A stretch of 64,000 nt of DNA from Macrostomum lignano (taxonomy: Eukaryota). Location of the stretch: positions 1 through 64,000 of the forward strand of contig NIVC01003805.1 of the NCBI GenBank assembly GCA_002269645.1, in the 5' to 3' direction. A program made the translations under genes and the position numbers. Position 1 is the stretch's first letter, and each line of letters begins with the position of its first letter. The notes under the pieces are model-generated. The model worked only from the letters and a program-made list of their open reading frames with translations. It ran no database searches and was not told the DNA's origin. Below are positions 23,287 through 33,500 of the stretch, piece by piece.

Positions 23287-26200
23287 TTAGTTCAACCGCC
23301 AGTGGCCGTAGGGTAGAGAGGCGAGCGCGCCCAGCCAAGCACGTTTCGTGTCGAAAGAGCTTAGGGCTAGCTTGCGATGCTCGAGCAAAAAGACAACTTG
23401 TTTTTGCGAACTGAAGCGTCGCTGCTGAACGTAGTAGAGGCTTCTCTCGTTAACAGTTCTTACATACTCAGTATGCTTAATCTGTCGGGCAACCGTCTTC
23501 GTCACCCCCTTGCAGCGCGACAGTTGTTGCACAACTTCATTGGCCCTCAAAAAAGAGTAGTTCTTGGGCCGCAGAAACGCCAGCTCGATAGCCAGCTGCC
23601 CGCCGAATTCATCCTTCCACGCCATCAGCCGACCCTTGTGTCTGTCAGTGTAGAGAGGATGGTTCTTCGGGTAGTTGCTGGTGTCCAAAAGGCCTTGCTG
23701 CACAAAGTCCTTAAAAATAGTGTCGTACGGGGTTTCTCCCGACTTGCGCATCACCAGGGCCATCATCAGACTGTCGGTATCGCCAGCGAGGACGCGCGCG
23801 CACTCCAGAGAGCTGTGCGCCTGAACGTGACTGTAATAAAAGTCATAGACAATTGTCTTAGCAATATCGAGAATTGCGGCGCCAATGATGATCGGCTTGT
23901 TTAGCGTAACTTTTCTTGGAGCGAGATTAACTCCCGAGAGATTTTCAGAGTAGATTACAACATCTTGGAAGCGTTCCATACTGACCAGCGTCTCCAGCTT
24001 CTCTGGGTCGGAGCACATTCGAAAGTTCATTCGGTCGCGCACGCGCTGAAGAAACTTCCCGAAGAGCGAATTGTTGAGTAACTTAAAAAATCTTTTTCGA
24101 AATCCCCCGTGGCCGCTTTTCGCCTCTCAATGTTGCGCTCGATGTAAGAGCGCAAGATCGAGCGTTCGGTGAAGACAAGCACTCGGCGAATTCGTGGCAC
24201 GCGCAGTCCCAACTCCAGATAGAGGCGCAGAGCTCTGTAGTGCACCACATAGTCTTTTTTGTGCACCAGCGAAGCGATTAGCTTTTTCGTAGGGCTTTTG
24301 AATAGGCTGACCTCCTCGTATGAGGTTGCGTTAGCGCTGCGATTCGGAATCATCTGCCGCTGTAGTAGTAGCCAGTCTTGTCGTTGAGTTCTTGTCAGCC
24401 AGCTCTCAGTCACAGTTTCGTGACCTAAAGCCAAGGGCAAATCAGCAGTGGAGTCGTGCAGAAAATTTGGATAGTAGAGATCCACCGTGAACAGGGCGCC
24501 CCGGTCTGCCGAACAGAAATTACAAATCCAGTCCAGCAGCTTGCTCCTCACTGACGGATCCTCGAGTTCATCGGCGGACAGTCCATTGTCGCACGGAACG
24601 GACCGGATTTCTTGCAAAGTCATCCACTTGAAATCAGCACAAGGCATGGGATGAACCATGCATGTTGAATAGAGTGAATTTTCATTCAGATAAACAAGAA
24701 AAGTGTTTGCCGGAGCGTTTTTCCGCAACTGCGCAAACTCCGGTTCTTTCTCGTCAAGCTGGCAGCGGAAAGGTTCTACGAGCGGATTATTTGCAGTCGT
24801 CAGGTGCCGTGTACCAAAACTGAAGCCGCCACGAACCGAACGTTCGATTTCGCGGTACATGTCCGCATCAGTGACTAACTAAATAGGCTCCTGAAGAGTT
24901 AGTAGGCAGCTGGCGAGGCTGTACATTGGCGCACCCAAATAGTGGGCCGCGTCAATGCTGTATTCCTCCAGGCCGGTTTTACGGAAAGCCTCGAACACAT
25001 CCGCCAGAAGCAGCACGTCCAAAGACAGATATGCTGTTGTGTAGTCCCGCAGGCTGCGGCAACCGAATTCTTGCCAGCTTTTTTCGGCCCGGGCGTAGTC
25101 CTCGAGCGAGCAGGGCTCCTCCCTCAGGTGGTCAAAAAACGCCTCTCTGGGTGGGAGACGCGTAACTGAATCTATTTTCTCAAAAGAATCCGCAAATGAG
25201 TACGGATAGACTCCTTTTTGCAACAGAGTCGTTTCGCTCGGACCGGGATAGAACTTTAGAAGCTCCCTTGTACAGATGAGTTGATCTGGTTGAAGGCGCC
25301 CTGCCAGGCTCGCCAGGCTTGACGGTAAATAGGCAAATGAGTCTTTGAAACAAATTTCAAACCACGTCTCGTCAATCCCATCCGTGCTGGTGCTGCCTCA
25401 CTGCAGTCGAAACTTAATGGAAAATGTTTTAAACCGCTCACGGTTTTCCGGCAAGACATTCAACCGAATGTCCTTGCTGGTGCCTGAGAAAGTCTCGTAG
25501 ATCTCTCGAATGATAAATTTCGAATCGAAATTTTTCAGGTTATGCATAAAAACTGTTATTTTTCGGCGTTGTAAACTTAGTTTTTGATTGCAAGAGCAAC
25601 ATAAAACAGCACGAGGACGGCCTGTCAAATGGCAGTGATCCAAAACAGCTTGATCTTCTTCTTCTCCGGGTCCGAACTCCCGCAAACACAACTGGCAATT
25701 TGTCGCTGCCTGCAGCACAAGTCTTCGTGCGGGAAGAAACTTTCTCATCAGTGGTTTGTGGAGTTCTAGCCGTCCATAGTGCCTGATTTCCGAAGCTAGT
25801 TGGCGTAATTTTAGAAGAAACTGGCTCACGCAATTGAGCCCGGCCGAGCTCTGACTAGAATACAGCACCTCACACGGCTTTCCAGCGCAATAGGAAGGCA
25901 GCTTGCTTATGAAGTCTTGCGGCTGGGTAACCAATCTGTAGCCCAGGCAGAGTGGTACGAGTACTTCTCGCACAATACCGCTGCCAAGTTTGGGAACCGG
26001 GTGACCGGCTGCAGCCGCCTGTTCCGGACTCATTGCAATCGTTTCTAGATCTGAATAAATAACAAATAAAGCAGGTAGTCGAGTCTCATCGGCTGTGAAG
26101 CGCACAAAAGCCTCCTCTTTAGCTGGCATTTCTTCACGCGGAACAAAGCGGATCTCGCGAAACTGACCCTCCGGTTCAGACTGCCATACACAGCCCCTTG

Positions 26201-27437
26201 GTTGAGCTGCAGGCTCGGTTGGAGGCACGGACGTGCCAGTACAGCAGTGCTCGTTCAAGATGAAGTCCCAGGACACAGTGTGATTAAATGGCGCTAAACA
26301 GTTGGGACAGAAACGCCGTCGCCGCGTGTTAGAACTTAGCAGGCTTTGCAAATTCTTGATAGGCACATAGTGCCCAAACTTGAAGCTTGAATAAGGTGGT
26401 ATGAACAGGCAATTTGCCGTGTAGATAGCTTCTGGTGTTTTTTTCGAAAAAAACAAGCTAGCAGATTTGCTTTTGTGATCCCAGACAAACATGCGTAAGC
26501 CAAGAGTGGGATTTTTTCTCAGAAAATTGTTGTAGCTGTGTGCATTGTGCCGTTTAGGACCGGATGGATTTCGACCGAAATCGAAAACTTGCAACCATCG
26601 CTTGTAGCTGGCTCGTCTAGCCGGTCGGGCCACATCTTTTTGAAAGACGCTTGCTACTACAGCATAGCAAAAACAATCCTGCTGGTTCGCATTGTTGGGT
26701 TTTAGAAGTAGCACAGATCCAGCTTTTCTCGCCAGTGACAGCGGAATTTTGAAAGGTGTGGCCGCCGCCGCCGCGGGTGCTCCAGCTCCTGCACCGCGCT
26801 GTACAGACGCTCTCGCACGAGAGCGTCTGTACAGGGCGAGTAAAAAATCAACCTGTTCCACCGCCTCGAGATGCCAATTGCTGCCTTGTTTTTGAAAATG
26901 TTCCAGTCGAGTGACAAGATCGCCAACAGCGCGCAAAAACCACTGGTTAAAGGCGTCGGGCGAAAGAAGAGCTCCAGCAGCAGCAGCAGACTCTTCGTCA
27001 ATTGTTATCGTGAAGATATTGGTATTGAAATAAACTGAAATCTCGTGTTGTTGCAGCGGTGGCTGGTCGGCATCACTAGCAGCAGCAGCTGCTGGCATCA
27101 GACGACTTAGCTTACACTTTAAATGAATGCAAGTTCGCATTAGTAGATCTGGCTGCAGTAACATACTGAAAAGTCTGTAGATCGGCTGTTGAAGTGAAGC
27201 GAGCACCTCAGAGATCCCGTTGTTGTTGTCGTTGCCAGTGCCGTCAGCAGTGGGAATAAATTTTAGAAAATTAGCTCTTCCATGCAGCGCTGATTCTTCC
27301 AGAGCCGCATTCCAGCCACTAGGCGGATCGCTAATCAACGATTCCAGAGGGTGAAAACAAGCACCGTGCGAATGCGCATGCAGTGCTGCCTGGGTTCCGA
27401 ATCGTTTGCCGCAAACGCGGCACTGAATCCGTGGCAT
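23287..27437 (-). pseudogene. Protein-primed family B DNA polymerase (Maverick/adintovirus pPolB), in several broken frames
   Basis: N-terminal C2H2 finger (CRVC..HAHSH); endonuclease VII-like VLDHCHLTG..AVLCCSCN; exonuclease HNLKNFD and FKDSF; KGVYPY; Y...DVLLLADVFEAFR; RGG; motif A YLNENSLY (D>N); motif B KLLNNSLFGK; motif C GDTDS; C-terminal CKGV..K.ALSSFDTKR..PYGH. Confidence 0.95.
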
Positions 27438-27708
27438 TTGCCGTCGACGAGCTGTAATTTAAGTATTACATGAGTTAATTAGAAGCAGGAAACTTTCTTT
27501 CTACTAATACAAGTAGTAAAAAATTAACTTGAACGCCGATTTGGTTTCATTATTTGACAATAATGAAATGATGGTTGCAAATTTTTTTTTCTTTCAGAGT
27601 AGTCGACTCAGTATGCACAAATTAAATATTCAAGAATTAAGCTTTGATTTCACATCACTGCCTCGATAAAACCGCCACTAGGCGGTGCAAGGCTCGCTGG
27701 TGACGCGA

Positions 27709-28564
27709 TGATGTGTTCCTTATTACCCGACTTTTGGAAATCAAAGAACACTCACTTCTAGCTCAATAGCTAGGCAACCCAGTAAGTCAACAGAAGGTAT
27801 TCGATTACATTGAGTCCTTTGGAGATCTCTCGGAGTAGCTCTCGATTGTTTTCAGTTGCTCTCGTATAGTCACTTCTGACTTTCGTTTGTAGATCGGGTC
27901 CGATTCTTCTTTCTTCTTCAAATAGTTCCGGCCGGATTCTGTCGCTCGGACCAATGGGAAGCTTCCGAATTAACAATGGGATCCCTGCGCCAAACTGCGG
28001 TCTAAATTAAGCCTCCTTCCTCTAGCAGTGCCTCTATGCACTCTAGGTATAGCTCCGGAAACCACTGATAGTCTTCTAAGATCTATCAGGGGCAGTCCTT
28101 CTTGAGACTGCAACCAATGGAGTCTAAACAGACTCAAGAGTCTCAACAGACTCAAATAGACTCAAGTCTCAATAGACTTGAGCGAGACGTCTCTAACACA
28201 ACAGGCGCAAATAAGGAAGGCTCACCGCAACAACTTGACCGAGTCTCGATTGACTTGGTATATCAGGAAGTCCTCCTAAGGCTTCCTCTTCGGAGCGCTC
28301 CTCTTCCGTGGGGAGAATGACTCCGGTACCGCTTCAGATCGCTTGTATTTATAGGCAACTTTTTGTTCCAAAATAGCATCATTACAATTCTCGTGTTGCG
28401 CTAAAAGGGGAAAATGGCTCATGGCGTATTATTCTGGTAACATCTTTTTCTGGTAGCGTGATTCATTCAAAGCTTAGGCGCACATGCGTGTACTTACCTA
28501 CTTATAGTAGTATTATACGATTATCTTCTTTTTTCTGTTTTTGCGGGAGGCAGAACACTCTACA
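27709..28564 (-). mobile_element. Solo LTR, family L, copy L6
   Basis: TG...CA ends; TSD GCGA at 27705-27708 and 28565-28568. Cuts off the last ~15 codons of the kinase gene. Confidence 0.93.
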
Positions 28565-29240
28565 GCGAGCCTTGCACCAGGTCGCGCACCAGCCGGCTCA
28601 GATCTTCGACTGTTGATGATTCTGTAACCCTCAGTTGAACCACAAACCCGTAGCTTGGGAATGTGGCTTGCTGCGCCGCAGCCAGCCCTTGAAGATAGGC
28701 CAGGTCGATGTTGGCTTCTTCAGGCCGATTTCGTTGGCGAATGCGCTGCAGTGCCAGCTCCGGGTCGATTTCAAGGTACACCAGAGTGCAATCCTCTCGA
28801 GGTGTAACTGTCTTTGTCTTCTTTTCTAAGACCTGCAGCTGATTAACGAGAATTGCTTGCTGGGTACCATTCAAACGCCCTTGATGTTTTAGATGCGTTA
28901 AAAATGCATAGCAGCTGCCCAGGTGTCGGTCTGCCACAATAAACCGATGCGTGCCTTTTGCAGCGATTTTGCGGAGCTTCATGTCGCGTCTCACCATCTC
29001 GTGCGACACATGGACTTGAAATTCAAAAGCGGACAAGTCACCATCGTAAAACTGCTGCAGCAGATTCTGCAGATTCTGCTTTCGGTAGTATTCCACCGGC
29101 TCCCGAGCAAACTCGTACACTCCACTCCAGCATTCCAGCCGAGCCATCAGAGCCAGATTGCGGACAAGGGAAGGCTTCCCCGCCCCAATTAGACCTTCGA
29201 TCACGTAAGTTCGAGTCTGAGCACGGATTTGAGCGGCCAT
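28560..29240 (-). CDS. Deoxynucleoside kinase (dNK/dCK/TK2-like), C-terminus truncated by L6
   Basis: VIEGLIGAGK(P) P-loop, REPVEYY, FQ, ADRH, VYLEIDPE.ALQRIRQRNRPEE..IDL.YL. Removing L6 extends the frame with RHQRALHRLVAVLSRQ* to 27655. Confidence 0.88.
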   Translation of the reverse strand: MAAQIRAQTRTYVIEGLIGAGKPSLVRNLALMARLECWSGVYEFAREPVEYYRKQNLQNLLQQFYDGDLSAFEFQVHVSHEMVRRDMKLRKIAAKGTHRFIVADRHLGSCYAFLTHLKHQGRLNGTQQAILVNQLQVLEKKTKTVTPREDCTLVYLEIDPELALQRIRQRNRPEEANIDLAYLQGLAAAQQATFPSYGFVVQLRVTESSTVEDLSRLVRDLVQGSL

Positions 29241-29256
29241 TTGCTGAAATGAATAA

Positions 29257-29910
29257 TTAAATGAATGCTTGGGGCAAATGTTGGAAAACCTTCAACACTT
29301 GCTTCAGTTCCTCGAAATTTTGAGGACCTCAGACTATAAATTTCCGACTAAAGAACAGGTTCAGGAACAGCCTCGGGTTGCACTGAAGCCTGCAGGAGAT
29401 TGCCATAGGGAAATTTTCCTTATCCATGCTTAAACGATAGCCGCTCTCCAACTTCAGTGTAGTGGTATCCGAAAACAGGGACTCCAGGAGGGGAGTGCGG
29501 ACAGATGAGTCTAGGCCTACCGCATAAGTACTTGTCTGCACACACACAGACTCATAGTCTAATCCACCGCTGCATAGCTCGTTTATGAAGCACAGGAACC
29601 TTACTGCTTGGATTTTAGAATCGGCACCAAAAATTGTTACTTTCCCATTGGGATATAGCTGAACAGAACAAACACAAAAGCGGGTTTTAAGCATCGAAGG
29701 TCGCCCACGATAGAGTTTCGCCTCTCGCTGGGCAGAAATTAGCTTAGACTTTAACAGATCCAGCTGCCCGCCTGGTGGAGTGACTAATCGAGCCCCCACT
29801 ACATGTTGCAGCTGTCTCTGGAAGAGACAAGGAACAAGAAAAACACATTTCTTGATTTCTGTAAAACAATGATATGTTACACGTTTATTTGACTTGCATT
29901 TGAACTTCAA
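29257..29910 (-). pseudogene. TATA-binding-protein-like gene; premature TGA at 29329-29331
   Basis: Two TBP-type repeats: LQHVV..LDL..Y..P.M..SVQLYPNGKVTIFGADS, and VQT..L.LESL..ENFP..RL..PR..LNLFFSRKFIV*GPQNFEELKQVL, compared with TBP LIFxSGKxVxTGAK. The frame continues past the stop to TAA at 29257. Confidence 0.72.
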
Positions 29911-29914
29911 CTCA

Positions 29915-30038
29915 AGGACTACTTAACAACACAGGACGGTACACTTGCAAATATTGGCAGAATTCTAACATGCCGCTTTGAATGTATCTGTCTTTGGATA
30001 TTTTGCAAGTGTAACGTCCTGTGTTGTTAAGTAGTCCT
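29915..30038. repeat. ~40-bp inverted repeat (hairpin or tiny MITE)
   Basis: AGGACTACTTAACAACACAGGACGGTACACTTGCAAATAT (29915-29954) pairs with 29998-30038. CTTCAA occurs on both outer flanks. Confidence 0.75.
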
Positions 30039-30519
30039 CGCTTCAAATTTTGGTTAAAAAAATAGCGCGGGTTAACTAGTTTTCAGACTAGCTAGCTTTC
30101 TGACTAACTAGCCAGGCAAAAATCAATGGTCAAGCATTTAGCTAGGACCATAACAATAGTTCATTTTTGTTTTTCTTGGTTTTGAAGAAGTCACTAAAGC
30201 GCCCGATCTAAGCTGATGCTTTTCAGGTAAAAGCGCCAAAGGGCGGTGACAAATCGCGGTCCTCCACTAAGTCATCAGTTTCCTCCTCCGAGCCGTCAGC
30301 AGAAGCTGAAACCGGGCTCTGCGGGGCTCGCATTCTTGGCTTTGTGGGCGCTTTTCGCCCAGACGGACGACTCACGAGCTGCTCTATCGGCGGCTTGCAG
30401 ACCTCCATGAGGTCCTGCGCAATCGCTTCAACGATACATATTTGAGTCCGAGCTGGCAGCAGCAGAGGGGGCCTTCCGCTTGCGAATCCGCGGCAACTTC
30501 TTCGGCTGCGCATGGTCCT

Positions 30520-33500
30520 GTCAGCCAGATATCATCAGTCTGCTGGCTGACCGTCTTTGTCAACGGCTGTTGGTGGATGTGGTTTTCTTGAGTCAGCGTC
30601 CGGGTGAGTTGAGGTAGAAATATCTCAACCGGGAGTTGATCAGGTGATGGTTTCAACTTGGAGGCGTGCGTGACCATTGGTGGAGCATTCAGCTTGTTGA
30701 TGTCCTGTATTAGAGCGTTCTGCGGTGATACCCACTTAAGGAGACGGAACGGTCCTCGATAAGGGTTAGAAAACTTTGAGGCTTTTTGTCTGGAGATCTC
30801 TAGGTAGCAGCGAGAACCAGGTTGTAGTCGGTAAGTCGTTTTGTGGAGTCTCCTCATTATGTCGTTGGGCTCGCTCCTCTGCAGTAGCGTGGAGGTAATG
30901 GAGCGCGACATCTCGAGCCAGAGTAATGCTGGAGCAAATGGTTTCCAATGGTTTTATGTTTTTGGAGTAAACAGAGATCTGGTGATCAAGGATTCGCGTG
31001 CTCGGAGCTTGGTGATTCGCGCATCACAGTGTGGCTGCAGTGTTGAGGGCGAGCGTCACTGCCGGTAGGTGCTCTATCCATTTGTCTGGCTGGTCGTGCA
31101 CGAACGTGGTGAGTGCCTGCTTCAGTGTTCGGTGCGCTCTTTCGACGAAGTTGCTTGACGGCTGATAGTAGGAGGTATAGATTAGTTTAATTCCGAGGGC
31201 TGCCATATAGTCTCTGAATTCCGTAGAGATGAACTGTGGTCCGTTGTCTAGGATGATGTTAGCAGGTATGCCAGCGAGTGCGAAGACATGGCGAAATAGG
31301 TGTTCACACACCGTTGACGATGTTGTGTCAGCTAGTGGGATTGTGAAGAGAAATTTGCTAACTCCGCATTGTGCCGTCAAGATGTACTTGTAGACGTCTC
31401 GCTGATGGTGTGCAGATGGTATCGGACCGACCAGGTCGATGGCTAGGTGTGAGAAGACGTTAGCGAACTTAACTGCTCTGAGTTCAGGGTGGACTTTTCG
31501 ACCAGGTTTCGCTCGATGGCAGATTTCACATTTCTTGACGTAGTCCATGGTGTCATTGTAACAGTTCGGCCAGTAGTAGTATCGAGAGAGCCGGAACCAG
31601 GTTTTTTCAAAACCGAGGTGGCCGCCAAACGGTGATCTGTGACTCTCATTTAGTAGGGCCTGCTGATATTCGGTTGGGATTACTAGTCGCAGGTTGGAAT
31701 TGCCCTTTGCTGACTCATAGTAGAGTGTTTCGTTCGCGTAATGGTAATTGTCAATGTGTTTCCGTACATATCTCAGGTCTCTCTTTGGTAAGGTTTGCGA
31801 CTGGTCCTCACCATCTCCGCTCAATAGAAAAATTATTGTGGCATATAGCAGTGATTGTTTGACGGCTTCCCGAAGTTTTTGAAACGTGGGGATCGGATGC
31901 AGCAGTTGTACCTCCGGAATTCGCGATAGGCAATCGGCAACGGTATTCGCCTCTCCGGTAATGTACTTGAGTGTAAACTGATAATCCTGTAGGTATAGAA
32001 TCCATTTTTGTAATCGCCGGGACAGTGGTTGTTTGTCAGCGAAAAGCGATTGCAGCGGCTGGTGATCAGAGTAGATGGTGAACGGCTGGTAAGAGGCATA
32101 CAAGAAGACATGGAGTTTCTTGATCGCCCAATAGATCGCATAGGCTTCTCGTTCGATTGCCGAGTATCGTTGTTCAGTGGCCGATAGTGTCTTCGAGATG
32201 TAGGCCACAGGTTGTTGGTGTCCTTCGGAGTCTACTTGGGAGAGTACAGCGCCGATAGCCGTATCCGAGGCGTCAGTGTGGAGGACATACGGCTTGTAAG
32301 GGTCCGGGTGGACTAGTCGGATGTCGGTGGTGAGCATATTTTTCGAAGTAGATCGAATGCTGACTGCTGTTCCTTGTTCCAGATTATCTTTTTCGTCTTG
32401 GATGCGTTTCGCAGGGCGTTGAGCAGTGGTGCGACTATTGTGGAGTATCCCTTGATGTGCGTTCGATAGAAGTTCGCCATTCCTAGAAAAGATTGTAGTT
32501 GTTTCACTGTCGTTGGGATCGGAAATTTGTTGATTTTCTCAACCAGGGATGGTGCTGGTCTGATTCCGTCTTCAGAGACTTGAAAACCAAGATATTGAAC
32601 TTCCGGTTTCGCAAAGACACATTTTCGAAGTGAAATTCAAAGTCCATGTTGTCTCAGTTTGTGTAGGAAGTGTTCGAGCTCAACCATCATGCCGTTAAAG
32701 TCTCCAGAGATTAGCAGTATGTCATCCAGATATGCGATTAGGTTTGGTGAGTCCGCAGTTAGTAGCGAGACGAGACGACACATGATGCTTGGGCTTGATT
32801 TGAGACCTTGCGGAAGTCTATTGAATTGCCAAAGAAGTCCGTTTGGCGCAATGAAGGCTGTGTACTTTGAGCTCTGTGGATCCAGTCGAACTTGATAGAA
32901 AGCGTCGGCAAGGTCACAGAGAGAGAGAACAGTTTTGCGCTTCTCAGCCGGTGTAGTAGGTCAGGTATTTTCGGAGGTCGTATGCTTGGCGTGCTAATGA
33001 TCTTGTTCAATCTGCGGAAGTCGGCAACGAGGCGGAGTTGTCGTCGGCCTTGTTCATCGAGTGTTTTCTTTTCGACAAGTAGACATGGGCTGGAGTATTC
33101 GGATTCACTCGGGCTGAGGATGCCTTTCCGGACGAAGTTGTTTATTAGCTCGTCAAAGCGCTCCTGTAGGCCATGTGCGATTGGGAATGGCCGTGACGTG
33201 ATTGGGTCCGAATGCGGGTGGACACTAATTTTGGCTGTGTATTGTGTCGTGCAGCCCATATCGGTTGGCAGGAGGGCCAGTGTGTCACGAAATCGGGATA
33301 GAACTTCAACCACTTGTTTCCGTTGGTCCGGTGATAAGTGTTGATTCTGCTTATCTAGTTGTTTTCTGATAAGGTTTTCGTCGCTTTTGTCAAATCAGGT
33401 GTGACATCCAAGGCGTTGATTTCTGTTGTGGCTGGCGCTGAGGCTAGCGTATAGTCTGCTGGGTCTGATAGTGCGCCGAGATGAGTTCGGGCATATAGCG

